A DNA stretch of 63,791 nucleotides, counting the filler, from Octopus bimaculoides (Eukaryota), in NCBI RefSeq assembly GCF_001194135.2. It is 6 parts of 5 records of this genome, joined end to end, with 100 filler letters (N's around TTAATTAATTAA, not from the genome) between each part and the next. Parts side by side here need not be neighbours in the genome. Positions count along the whole stretch, not along the records: positions 29,881 to 37,074 come from NC_068984.1; positions 37,175 to 62,393 come from NC_068982.1; 4 more parts are not named here. One strand, 5' to 3'. This document shows, one piece after another, positions 35,016 to 47,823 of this stretch. Each line of letters opens with the position of its first letter. Position 1 is the stretch's first letter. The translations under genes and the position numbers were made by a program. Below the pieces are notes generated by a model. It searched no databases. It was not told the origin of the DNA and saw only the letters and a program-made list of their open reading frames with translations.

Positions 35016-35050
<35 letters not shown>
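34800..35050 (-). mobile_element. OR-like SINE 3' half, running into a gap at its microsatellite
   Basis: Near-consensus CTTTTACTTGTTTCAGTCATTTGACTGCAGCCATGCTGGAGCACC..AAGTTACGGGGACGTAAACACACC. Confidence 0.85.
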
Positions 35051-35954
35051 NNNNNNNNNNNNNNNNNNNNNNNNNNNNNNNNNNNNNNNNNNNNNNNNNN
35101 NNNNNNNNNNNNNNNNNNNNNNNNNNNNNNNNNNNNNNNNNNNNNNNNNNNNNNNNNNNNNNNNNNNNNNNNNNNNNNNNNNNNNNNNNNNNNNNNNNNN
35201 NNNNNNNNNNNNNNNNNNNNNNNNNNNNNNNNNNNNNNNNNNNNNNNNNNNNNNNNNNNNNNNNNNNNNNNNNNNNNNNNNNNNNNNNNNNNNNNNNNNN
35301 NNNNNNNNNNNNNNNNNNNNNNNNNNNNNNNNNNNNNNNNNNNNNNNNNNNNNNNNNNNNNNNNNNNNNNNNNNNNNNNNNNNNNNNNNNNNNNNNNNNN
35401 NNNNNNNNNNNNNNNNNNNNNNNNNNNNNNNNNNNNNNNNNNNNNNNNNNNNNNNNNNNNNNNNNNNNNNNNNNNNNNNNNNNNNNNNNNNNNNNNNNNN
35501 NNNNNNNNNNNNNNNNNNNNNNNNNNNNNNNNNNNNNNNNNNNNNNNNNNNNNNNNNNNNNNNNNNNNNNNNNNNNNNNNNNNNNNNNNNNNNNNNNNNN
35601 NNNNNNNNNNNNNNNNNNNNNNNNNNNNNNNNNNNNNNNNNNNNNNNNNNNNNNNNNNNNNNNNNNNNNNNNNNNNNNNNNNNNNNNNNNNNNNNNNNNN
35701 NNNNNNNNNNNNNNNNNNNNNNNNNNNNNNNNNNNNNNNNNNNNNNNNNNNNNNNNNNNNNNNNNNNNNNNNNNNNNNNNNNNNNNNNNNNNNNNNNNNN
35801 NNNNNNNNNNNNNNNNNNNNNNNNNNNNNNNNNNNNNNNNNNNNNNNNNNNNNNNNTATAATCGACTGGAAATAAGAGAATAAAAATTAAAATAAATGTT
35901 GGATGTTATATCCAATATCCAACATATATTTTTATTTTTATTTTCATTTTTTTT

Positions 35955-36270
35955 TGCTTCCCCAAAACATGGTTCCAGGTTCACTCCTACTGCGTGGTAT
36001 CTTAAGGCAAGCCTTGTGAGTGTATTTGGAAGACTGAAACTGAAAGAAGACCGTCGTACATATGTGTGTGTGTGTGTATGTGTCTGTCCCCCAGTACCGC
36101 TTGACAACCGGTGTGAGTGTTTTTACGTCCCCGTAACTTATCGGTTCGGCAAAAGAGAATAAGTACCTGGTCTAAAAAATAGAAAAAAAGTATTGGGATC
36201 GATTCATTGGAGTAAAATTCTTCAAGGTGTTGCCCCAACATGGCCGCAGTCTAATGACTGAAGCAAAAAA
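35955..36270 (+). mobile_element. OR-like SINE
   Basis: ACATGGTTCCAGGTTCA head, GAAACTGAAAGAAG, microsatellite, CCCGTAACTT, tail CATGGCCGCAGTC..TGACTGAA. Confidence 0.8.
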
Positions 36271-37007
36271 GAAAATACAAATTTAACCTCATTCTGAAAA
36301 GTATACCAAGTTGTTGGTTAAACGACACCTTATATCTGCATGTGGGCAGAAACTGAGGGTGGTGAAAGTAGTGATTGTTCTGTTGGTGGTAGTGTTGATG
36401 ATATTTGGATTGGTAGTAGTGGTGCTGGTGGTTGTGGTGGTGTTGGTCACTGTTCGCATAAAGTGTAGAGATCAAGTTTCTGTAGTTCCGGTTCATGGCG
36501 AATGGTAGTAATTGTAGCAAAAGTGGAAATTTAATTGGAGTACAGGAAGGTGAAAGACAGAAAGATGGAGGAGCGAGTGTGAAGAGGGGCAGGAGGGAAG
36601 AAGGGGAAGAAAGAGAGGAAGAGAGGAAAGAGAGAGAGACTGAGAGAAAATAAGAGAACATAGAGAGAGAGGGACAGAGAGAGAGGAGGGAGAAGAAAGA
36701 AAGAAAACGAAGAAAGAGGGGAGGGGGATGTTATGAGATTCTTTAGTTTGACGCTTTTAGCACAGTTCTTGGCTTCTTGAAAAACAATTTCGGAAATATT
36801 TAGAAAATGATGGTGTTGTTTATTCCTGTATCCTCACAGAAGGCTTTCTTTATATGAATAAGTCTGTGGAATCAGTTAATGGAATATGGTGTATTACATG
36901 GTGACTATTTTGAAAAGACAGACTGAAAGACGAGTAGACAAACAGACAGGCAGACAGATAGATTCTTGTCAGCAATTTATACGCATGTGCAGAGGCACGC
37001 ACGCACG

Positions 37008-37074
<67 letters not shown>

Positions 37075-37174
37075 NNNNNNNNNNNNNNNNNNNNNNNNNN
37101 NNNNNNNNNNNNNNNNNNTTAATTAATTAANNNNNNNNNNNNNNNNNNNNNNNNNNNNNNNNNNNNNNNNNNNN
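37075..37174. other. Artificial scaffold-joining linker
   Basis: N44-TTAATTAATTAA-N44. Confidence 0.95.
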
Positions 37175-37969
37175 GGAGGGGAGGGGGAGGAGGAGGATAT
37201 CGAAGAAGTGGAGTAGAGGGAAGAGGTTTATGATGGTTGTAATGTTGGTGATAATCATGATGTTATTGATAATGAGGATTTTTATCATCATGTCTATTGT
37301 TCTTGTTCATCATCATTATTATTATCTTCATGATCGATTACAGATTATGAAGCATAGAAGCGGGACGGAAGGAATGTAGTGAAGCATTTGTATTGCTATT
37401 ATATTTGATTGACATCAAATATCTTATACAACTATCTACATTCCAATGAATTGATACCTTACTTCTCAAACACGCATAGCTGATTGATAATATTCTCATC
37501 TTTTTTTTTTTTTCTTATTACTTCTGTGCTGAAACAGCGGATATTTTCTTTTTCTTTCACGGTCCAGTAACCAAGAATTCATATTCTTCACACACAACAA
37601 TGTTACTTCTTGAAGAAGTGTTTATTCTGTGTTTAATGAACGTAGATGTTCTGCGACGACTTCCTATAAGTAAACGCCAGTTATACATCATTTATGAGAA
37701 ACTATGGAAGAAATATAATGTAATAATGTTTAATACATAGGACTTAATATATTGTGAGATTCAATTGACTAACATCAATCAGCGCAATTGAACAGCCACA
37801 GAGCTTGCTTCTATACACTTAGGAAGATGTTAGGTTAAAGAACATTGATTTGGAAGGAACGAGGTAGGAAGATAGACTGTACAAATAACACTGAATTGGC
37901 ATAAAACAATCTGAAAATTAATATTGTCTTCTTTTGACTAGGCTTCGATTTCATGATTATAAAGGAAAG

Positions 37970-38340
37970 AGTTCAACTTTGGGGAAGTGATTTAATACCA
38001 TTTCCTTTGGTGAACACAGAGAGACGCAATGCCAATTGATCCGTATTTAAGTTCAGTTCTGATGGTAGAAAGGTGGAAGAGATAGCTGTAAAGTATTCAG
38101 TCATACGTTCTAATATGTATGCCTGCGCATCGCTGTAGTGATTCCATAACAATCGTACGATCTGCATAACGCAGCATCAAAACCTCTACAGATTATGCTT
38201 ACTGCTTTAAAGAATGTCAAGACAATGGTACTACAGACTATTATATAATATAACGCTATCGACTTTTGGAGAAAAAAGAAACAATCTTCACAATGTCTGC
38301 GGCACCACTGGATCCACTGACTACGGTTATGTTCCATCAA
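37970..38340 (-). mobile_element. Ancient non-LTR reverse-transcriptase remnant
   Basis: Broken minus-strand translation gives VLMLRYAD (YADD-like), followed in another frame by DAQAYILERMTEY..ELNLNT (GLxLN-like). Confidence 0.4.
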
Positions 38341-39844
38341 CAATAACAGTTATGCAATCAACGTCTCCTCTGAGTATTAAGTTCCAGGGCTGATGAGGTT
38401 GCTCATCTATTTCTTGAATTTTCATTTGATCAGACAAATTGCTCTGGAGTTATTTTTACGGATTTCTACCATCTGAGATCTATTTAATCTTTCGTTCTTT
38501 CGGGGTCCATATATAAAATCCTAGTAATGTATTGGAGTCGATACTTCTCGCTCTCTCATACGTTTTTTAACCGATTAATACCCCGATTATTTGACTAATC
38601 AATTAATAGAGCAATAGACCAATCATCTGACTTAACATCCCTCGCGACCTCATGAAGCACATGCTCTCGTTAAACAGCTTTCTGCCGTTGCCTAGTAATT
38701 CTGAGTCAGTTGGTGACGTGTATCGTTTTCGTTGTTGCACGTCAGCAAGTGTATGGAAGTGAGCTTTGACGGTACTAAACATGGAAAGGTATACGTTATT
38801 CTGTGAGGAAGTAAAAACAAATTTTCTCAACCCACACATGCATACCACACACACAAACGTTTTTTTTTCTTTTTTTTTTTTCGGTTAGATGCTGGATAGT
38901 TTCAGTTAACAGTAGCTTACCTGAGAGAAAGTCTACCGTATTTGTATTCAATATGCACAATGCTGGACTAAAACAAGTTCTTTCATCATGTTTTTAACAG
39001 AGTAGTAAATGACGCGGGTAAGTGAAGATGATTTGTATCCATTATGATTATAATGATGCTAATTAAGATATGNNNNNNNNNNNNNNNNNNNNNNNNNNNN
39101 NNNNNNNNNNNNNNNNNNNNNNNNNNNNNNNNNNNNNNNNNNNNNNNNNNNNNNNNNNNNNNNNNNNNNNNNNNNNNNNNNNNNNNNNNNNNNNNNNNNN
39201 NNNNNNNNNNNNNNATTTAATAGATCGCTGTATATATATATATGGATATATATGATTTAATAGATCGCTGTAGTGATGAAAGGCAGATGTATTTTTATGT
39301 AATACAAAACTCGTGTTTTATTTGTTGTCGTCTGTAGAATTGTTTAAAGTTAGCTAACAGCTTTGGAACTAGATTTCTTCATCGAAAATCGATTTAATTA
39401 GTTAATGAAATAAGGCAAATCATTCAACTAATTAATTATTGCGATTTATTGTTTCGTTTCTACCATTTATTTCAATATGCAGCTCATATCATTCATTGTG
39501 ACACATGAAAACCTTTATGGCATCTGTTGAAAGCAATAACCTTGAAAAGGTAAAAATGTCGCACTGATTTTCGACACCATTTTTGGAAATGCTGGGGATT
39601 TTATGCAGAGCGAGATATAAACGAGCATTGACAATATATCTATTAGTGGCTTGCTTTTTGATATTTTATATACATTATATAAAAGTTATAAATGGCTCCC
39701 GGTTAAGTAATATTGAATAAATATGCATGTTATCTTTCTCTTATTCGTTCAAAAATGTATTTTTGCACTATTTCCAGAAATATACATTTTATAAATTTAT
39801 TCTCAGAATAATATTCTTGCGTTTCGCTTGATATCAGCATTTAT

Positions 39845-39880
39845 AATTTGTTTTCTTTTATTCTTTTTTTGCAGGTGAGT
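39845..39880 (+). promoter_or_regulatory. Candidate recursive splice site (3'SS immediately followed by 5'SS)
   Basis: TTTGTTTTCTTTTATTCTTTTTTTGCAG|GTGAGT. Confidence 0.45.
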
Positions 39881-40554
39881 TCTGTTCCATACTTACTAAA
39901 AAAGAACACATAATCTAAGGTCTGTATGAACGCATTCTAAAGTTTCTATTAAATTAATTACGGTGGATATATATTTACGTTTGAAGCAAGTAACTGTGTT
40001 CACATAAAATTAATACGTTAGAGAATGAAAATGTATATGCTTGCTGGAACTCGGATTTTCTTCGTTTTAACTTACTTACGTTAGCTAAAAAATATTCTAA
40101 TTATGGTTGATTTCCAACACACCTTACTTCAAATAAAATATTCAATTATCAAAAGTTATCTACCAAAGAAATGCTTTCCTATTAAACTGGAAGATATATT
40201 TCTTCTATCAAATTTCTCACAAAACAATTTCAATTTACATGTACTAGCACTGCGAATTACTTGATCTTTAAAACACCTGTATTCCATAAACAATATTCCG
40301 CAGTTTTTGTATGAGTTATATAATACACTTTGTACTTGGTCGGCAAAGAATGTATTTATTCATGATTTTGGTTAAATGAGAGAACTCCTAGCAAGTTATA
40401 ATATTAAACAAAAATATTATCTGAGGAGTATGAGACAATTTTGCAAAGCTGTTTGGCGCTACTTATTAGGCACCGCTGATTTGATATGACAATGATTTAT
40501 TTGACATTAGGTGTTTTAAGGTCTGTCAGTCGGTATGTGTGCATGTATGCCTTT

Positions 40555-40570
40555 CTCTCTTTCTCTCTCT

Positions 40571-40655
<85 letters not shown>
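40555..40655. repeat. (CT)n microsatellite
   Basis: Long TC dinucleotide run. It explains the SL-repeat ORFs. Confidence 0.95.
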
Positions 40656-40662
<7 letters not shown>

Positions 40663-41329
40663 TATGTTTGAACATCTAATTACGCTTGTATGTCAGTTTA
40701 ATACGTCTTTCCCTTCCCATCTGTATGTGTGTATTTCTGCGTGTGTACCAATGTGCTTATCAATTTCATTTAACAGATTAAATAGGTCATATTATAGCAT
40801 TACATATTTAATCTTATTCGTCTATCGTTACGATCTGAATTCAAGTACCGCTGTTGTCGATTTTGCTTTTCATCAATTTCGGAAAACGTAAATTAAGCAT
40901 TAGGATAAATGAAATTGACAAGCCCCCTCCCACCAAATTTCCAGACCTTGTGCTTACATTAGAATGTCTCCAAGTCTCATCTAGATTCCTCATCAGACAA
41001 GTTAGAAATTCAATTCGGTATTATACCTAGGGTGTTTAATAACTGCCATGTTTTTGAATGTGTACAAAACTTTGTTCTGGAGAATGCCTGTTAAAAAATA
41101 ATAACATGAAACGTTTGTTTGAAAGGGTGTTTAGCGATAAAATGATGGTGTAATCTTAAGATGGCAGTTAAGTTTAATTGCTATTATGTACATTTAAAAG
41201 AACTTTTGATATGTTTACGGATTAAAACGTTTTAAGTATTACATAGTATTTTTTGTAGAATACGGACAGTTCTGTGAGCATTATTTTCTGAATTGTTTCC
41301 ATTTTTAGATTCCCTAGAATCTAAGGTAA

Positions 41330-42560
41330 CACCGAGCCCCCCTTTTTTTTTTCATTTCTAGGGCACATATTACAACAAGTATTGTTGCAGTCTTGAATTT
41401 CACCATTGTGCTAATTTCTATTTCAAGATCTTTATACTTGCTCAGTATTCTGTAAATATTGACCGATACATTTATGTCCATTGGAACAGTCATAACGATG
41501 AAGAAGCATGTTTTTTGTCTTAACTTTTTTCAATATAATGTCTGGCCTACTTGTGTCTATCATTCTGTCAGTTTGAAAAGAAAAGTTCCATAGGAGTGAC
41601 AAGTGATAATTTTTTTTTGAATCACTGGAGATGTCTTGTGTTTCCGCCAGTTCTTATCATGGCCAGGTCCAGAATCTTACAAACTGTCCAGAGAATAAAC
41701 TGTGCCGCTTTATTGTGTCAGTTGAGATAAACTGAGAGCACAAGAAGGCTGCACATGGAGACAATATGATCGATGGTTTCAGTCTGTTGTTTAGATACAC
41801 GATATGCGGGGCTACTAACGTTCTTTAAGATGTTGGCCTCGTAGATTCTTGTAGTTTAGCACTGATCCTGGGCTGCTATGACTCTTCAGTCTCTGATTTA
41901 AAGCCAGAGGATGTTAGCCATTGATAGGTAAGGTTTTGTCAACATCTCCATTGTTAGTTCTTTTGGGGTATTTGCCATTAGCTGGCTTTTCTTGCCATTT
42001 ATCATTGAGAATATGCAAAGGATCAATTTTAGTAATAGTTTTCATACCTTTAGCTTTTTCTGTGCTTTTTCCCAGTTCATCTAATTCTGGGACTAGCTGC
42101 ATTTGGAATTCACTTAGATATTTCATTGCCTCTTTTGCTACTGAATATGAGGCTATTTTCTGTACGTGCTTTAAGACACGTCTTAGCATGCCGTATCAAA
42201 TGTTTTTCAGATAGATGTTCAGAGCAATTGTGGAAACTTTTAGTGTCAGTTCAAGTTGCAAGAGTCCACCACAATCCTCTTTTCTTATCCAGTAAAGTCG
42301 TTTCACAGCTGCCTTAGACTAATGTATTCTATTCATTGTCAACAATTTTCGGATCTTTTTTCAGTCTTTGACCAGTTACTAATATTGAAATTGTAAGTCA
42401 TGATTTGTCTGTCTAAAGTATTGATTGCTTCGATCCTGTTTAGCTCTGTCTTGAGCATTGCCCTCAGTCAGCAATAGCATTATTTTCTGATCTCTCATCC
42501 TTGAATGCCTGACTCAATTACCTATACCCCTAAATATTTGCAATCCTTACCCTCTGGTTC
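41330..42560 (-). mobile_element. R4/Dong-like non-LTR retrotransposon 3' fragment (restriction-like endonuclease)
   Basis: Minus-strand translation: ETIDHIVSMC (CCHC remnant), HNKAAQFILW, LLWNFSFQTDRMIDTSRPDII, CFFIVMTVPMDINV, LSKYKDLEIEI, TILVVICAL. This is the RPD..KY REL signature of the R4 clade. Confidence 0.85.
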
Positions 42561-42599
42561 TAACTCCTCTAGAGTTCAAGTTCAATGTTGACTGTTTTG

Positions 42600-43150
42600 C
42601 TAATTAATTTTTAATTATTTTGTGAATTAATTATTTGATTTAGCTTTTAATTAACTTTTTATCTCCGTTTCTCTTAATTATATTACAATTATTTGTTCTA
42701 ATTTTTAATTTTGTTCAAATCGAATATCTTCTTTTATGAAAAGTATATTGGCTAATTTCCTTAAGAATTTATTTTAACTCCACTTGTCCTTCATCTATGC
42801 ATAGCCTATATTTAGAATTAATACTGACCAAATGATATATTTCATGACCTATATTTATATATATAATCATCTACTGAACTGTTTCGGTCACCATATCTCT
42901 TGTGTATATTTGAGTTGGTCAGTAATAGATTAATTTTGACATACAGATTCTTCAAGTTGAGAGTAGGATTGAAGAAAGTAAATATCATATTACAATATTA
43001 GCATGATCTGATGAATACAATTTTTAAGTAGGTCTGTTCAAATACATTCCGAATACTTATACTCGTAAAATATAGTTATTTTTTTTTTACTACAAACTAT
43101 CATCTTTTCAGTGGTTCTCTATTTCAAGTAGTATGGTATAGCTTTGATGA
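42600..43150 (-). mobile_element. Very degenerate APE-endonuclease LINE remnant (L1/Tx1-like)
   Basis: An SSDHANIVI motif is followed by a K-rich helical segment (ELK*ILKEISQY). Many stops. Confidence 0.3.
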
Positions 43151-43739
43151 GGATAGAACGTTGTTTAATTTGTATATCTTTGTAGAATCTCAATAGATCA
43201 AAAATGGAGAAAGTCTATGTATTCTTTTCGATTTTTCAATCTGTGTAAACTGTATTTAAAACAAAGACTTGTGATATTCCAATTTTTTTTACCATCTTTA
43301 CTTTACTCTGTGACCCTACACTAAATTTGTTTAGTGTTTGGACTTTGGGTTTAAAAACTTGACAGACAGCGAAAAGTACTTTTAAGGCCTACGTGGATTA
43401 CAATAGTTCTCGGTGGATATTAATGTTAGCCAGGTTTCACTGTTACAGAGTTATAAACACTCTGTGGGAGTCAAAGTTGCCTATCGAAATTGTCCACCGA
43501 AAGCCATAATTATCTACGTAGGCTTTAAAATTACTTTCTATGTTTTTTTTGTTTTTTTTTATTACTCGAGGGTTTCAAGGGTTCGCACTTATGAAGCTGG
43601 TTTCAAATGAAGGGATCATACATTTATATCTGGTTTCCAGAAGATCCAAATGGCACGTAAGGCTATGTGAGTGATATGTTAGGAGCGCTGTTAGACACCT
43701 GGTTCGATAATAGTAGGAGTGAGGAGTCTAAAGCGGGTC

Positions 43740-44140
43740 GTGTGTAAACGTGTATAGGTTAAATAAAATGAGTCAACAAAACCAAAGCTGTGTGAAATGT
43801 CTGGGCTATTTTATAAAGAGAAAGGGAGTCTTACAGCTGTTTCAGGGATATAAAAGATATCCCATCATCAGAGATTATATGAAAGAGTTAAATAGAAGGA
43901 AATAGTAGATTTCAATATGAGAAGTTATTTTGGAAAGGGAGAGATATAGGAAATATAAAGGGAAATATAAGAATAAAAATAAAGATATATGTTGAAGGTT
44001 AAACTTGTTTCATTATCCATGTAAAAAGGTTTCTTGTCCATGGTATTACGTTCCGATAGGAGTTATCATTTTGTTATTTTGTTATAAAATGTCCTAAAAG
44101 TTCACAGTGCCTTGGCTCTGTTGTCTCATTTTATTTAACA
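43740..44140 (-). mobile_element. Penelope-like element 3' repeat region
   Basis: Contains a minimal hammerhead motif and a weak LLSxC..H..K-like C-terminal remnant upstream on minus. An inverted duplicate (43762-43800 vs about 44097-44137) is consistent with inverted pLTR structure. Confidence 0.55.
43827..43876 (-). ncRNA. Minimal type I hammerhead ribozyme
   Basis: Minus strand: AATCT-CTGATGA-T-GGGATAT-CTTTT-ATATCCC-T-GAAA-CAGCTG-TA-AGACT. It has the full core, a 7-bp stem II, a palindromic stem III (ACAGCUGU) and a GUA cleavage triplet. Confidence 0.75.
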
Positions 44141-45629
44141 CACACNNNNNNNNNNNNNNNNNNNNNNNNNNNNNNNNNNNNNNNNNNNNNNNNNNNNNNN
44201 NNNNNNNNNNNNNNNNNNNNNNNNNNNNNNNNNNNNNNNNNNNNNNNNNNNNNNNNNNNNNNNNNNNNNNNNNNNNNNNNNNNNNNNNNNNNNNNNNNNN
44301 NNNNNNNNNNNNNNNNNNNNNNNNNNNNNNNNNNNNNNNNNNNNNNNNNNNNNNNNNNNNNNNNNNNNNNNNNNNNNNNNNNNNNNNNNNNNNNNNNNNN
44401 NNNNNNNNNNNNNNNNNNNNNNNNNNNNNNNNNNNNNNNNNNNNNNNNNNNNNNNNNNNNNNNNNNNNNNNNNNNNNNNNNNNNNNNNNNNNNNNNNNNN
44501 NNNNNNNNNNNNNNNNNNNNNNNNNNNNNNNNNNNNNNNNNNNNNNNNNNNNNNNNNNNNNNNNNNNNNNNNNNNNNNNNNNNNNNNNNNNNNNNNNNNN
44601 NNNNNNNNNNNNNNNNNNNNNNNNNNNNAGATATTTGAGGTAGGGCAAATGTTTCTGTGCGTAATGACCGAATTAAACACACCAAGACCGCTAATGTTTT
44701 TCTTACTGTTTGTTATTTGGTTTCTCTCTATCGCCAATATACAATGATTCTGATGAAGGTAGCATTAATTCTCGAGGTCGCTCAATTTTTTTCAACCGAT
44801 CAATGGACCGAGTGAGTAAACCAATCAATAACGAAACGAAACTGATTCCCGGAAATAGCTCTGAGTCAGATTTACTACAATGAAGAAACTTGTAATGACC
44901 AATATTTACACCTTGTTTTGTATGTATAGAAACAGAAATAGAAACAAAGACGGGAGAGAGACTTCAACTTCACACTCTACAACAGTAGAGAAACCATTTA
45001 TATAAAGGACACTGCAATCTAGCTGTTATTAGTTTAGAACGTTTAGTGTGAGAGCGTGCGCCTATGCGCGTAGCCGTGTGTTTTAAATACGAGTGCGCGC
45101 GTACACGGTGTTTTCGTTGTGTACGTGAGGTCTAAAGTAGTGCGTAACCATATTTTAATATCAGATTAATTGAAAAAAAAAGGTGCTTCGCCGAACACAT
45201 TTTTGACTGCTGATTTTATCTGAGACTAAATTTAATATATCAGAGATTAAATTATATTAACACAGGATTGTATCATTCCTAGAATATATTTTCATGAATA
45301 TTTTTCATAATTCGCTCTTTTTATTGTCATTTTTTTTCTTATCTCCCACTCCTTTACTATTCCTATATACATATAAATATAAATATATATATTTTTTTTT
45401 TCTATAATATAATTCATGTACATCACTTCCCAACCTTCCAATATATATATATAATCCTTTGTCATCCTTGAAGTATGAATATTTAATTTTTCTGTCAATT
45501 TAAAAGTGCGTGTGGAATATTATTTCAATTTGTAATGTAGACAGAACTAAATTAAAATTGTAGCTGCTTTATGGATTTTGTGTGACCATTTCCAAAAGTA
45601 TGGAAATATATTGGTTGAACATATTAGAT

Positions 45630-45830
45630 TTTGGAACAAGGCCACCAAGTTCGTGGAGAGAGAGGTAAGTCGATTACGTCGATCCGAGTACATACCTGTC
45701 ATTCCTTTTATCGACCCCTGAATGCAAAGTCGACCTAGGCGGAATTGGAACTCAGAACGTAAAGACGGACGAAAAACCGCTATGCATATTGCCCGGCGGG
45801 GCTAACGATTCAGCCACCTCACCGCCTAAA
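45630..45830 (-). mobile_element. Nin-like tRNA SINE
   Basis: TTTATCGACCCC..GCAAAGTCGACCTAGGCGGAATTGGAACTCAGAACGTAAAGACGGACGAA..GCTAACGATTC. Confidence 0.8.
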
Positions 45831-46794
45831 CAGTCTGTACCTATAATAGTAATGAAATTAGTACTACCTTCTATAATACTCTTTTAAAGTAATCAACTTG
45901 AAACTGTTTTAAGTATTACAAGATATTTAATGTTGGGTGGTGCTAGCCTCATTACAAGAAGATCCAATTGTATAATGAAACTCATCTTGCCTCGGTTGTT
46001 AAACTTCGTCGGCAATCTATGCGTCCAGAGTGTTTAAATACATCGGAAATTAAAGTCACCGATACATACCATACAAATACATACATACATACAAACATAC
46101 ATTCGAAACGCGGAGTAGGTGGAACAGGGACAACTGACGAATGGATATACTCTTTATGTTGCATGCCTCGTTTCTCTGTTTTTTCGTTGTTCGTTTTCTA
46201 TGTTTTCATTTCTCATTATGTTTAACGTTGTTTTTTTTATGTCTTGTACCCATGTATGCATGTATGTATACATATAGATGTAGGTGTGTACATATATGTA
46301 TGGATATATGCATATATTTATATATTATTCATATTATTGATCGAACGCCACGCATCCTGTTCCAAGTAAGTTTTATCTACATATATATATATATAGAGAG
46401 AGAGAGAGAGCGAGAGAGAGAGAGCGAGAGAGAGAGAGCGAGAGAGAGAGAAAGAGGAGAGAGAGAGGAGAGAGATGGGGAGAGAGATGGGGAGAGAGAG
46501 AGAGAGAGAGAAAGCAGAAAATATCGTTACCGACCAGCCATGACACTGGCGTGTAACGATTTTTTTCTCCAATATGTGGAGTGTTTATCCTCTACATGCT
46601 ATTGTATTAGCGTTATCATGTGTTGGAGAATAATTTATTTTATGTATCTTTCAATACACCGCAACGATTCTAAAGCAAACTTTGTTTGTTTACATTCATC
46701 GTAAATTAGATATATGTGTGTGTGTGTGTCTGTGTGTGTGAGTGTGTGTATGTGTGTGTGAGTGAGTCTGTGTGTGCGTGTGTGTATGTGTGTG

Positions 46795-47345
46795 TGCTCA
46801 TGGATCCTCAGAGCTTTCCAATCTAGGGAACATGAAACCATCATCCTTCTCTTCTCCACATTCGCTAGGCCCCACCTCGAATACTACTTCCCATTTTGGT
46901 CCCCCTACAACAAACAAGACATAATGAGGATCGAATTGCCATAAAGATGAATCAATTGGGCTCGACTTAAACAGCTGAAGCTCTATTCTCTGCAACGCCG
47001 CCGTGAGCGATACATTCTTTGCAATAGATGGAAATTATTCCACCAATATTATCCAAATTATTTTGGTATAATGTTTATAAGTCACCCAAGACTAGGCCCC
47101 CGTGTAGTGCGTTCCCTACAAAGGTCGAGATCACATCACCTAAAAACATTGCGACACAATTACTTCATTGTAAATGGTCCTGCACTTTTCAAATTCCCAG
47201 CCCCGAAATTTCTAAGATCATTTTTATCGGGTCACAAAAGAAAAATTATTAATTTAATAAATAAATTTCAATTCCATGCAAAACTATATCGTCGTGGTAC
47301 TTGTTAAAAAGAAATATAAACTTGGCGTCCAGCCATAGGTGCTCT
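46795..47345 (+). mobile_element. CR1-type LINE 3' fragment
   Basis: WILRAFQSRE..FARPHLEY..WSPY.. LKQLKLYSLQRRRERY.. NYFIVNGPALF. Confidence 0.85.
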
Positions 47346-47783
47346 CAGTATTCTATTTATTCATTGCCATTTTGTGATGAGAGTGTATACTTCTGTGATG
47401 CATAGAGTATTCTACTGTAACAAATTGATTTTAGTTGAAAAGCCATCAAGTAATGGGGAGAGGGGGAAAATTGACAACAATAGAGAAATAAATACAAGAA
47501 GCTATCAATGAAATGACCGAGTCTTAAGGGACGTGTGTCTTGTAGGAAATACAATCAGAATTGACTGTGTTGGAAGTAATTTGGTTTCCGGATTGTCTTT
47601 TAGCTTTGGGATTCAATTAAAGTTGCTTCAAGTTTCTTGACTTCCATAAATAATCAATCCAAAATTATTTCTCTTGCGACCTTGTCTAATATTCAACATG
47701 ATGCTGAAATAATTTATTGATTATACGCACGCACACACACGCACTTTCTCCCATACACAATTACACAGACACGAGCACACACC

Positions 47784-47823
<40 letters not shown>

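Noticed and set aside
44800-44820. ATGGACCGA|GTGAGT as a possible first coding exon
   Set aside because: Weak start context, no supporting acceptor or promoter evidence, and expected by chance.
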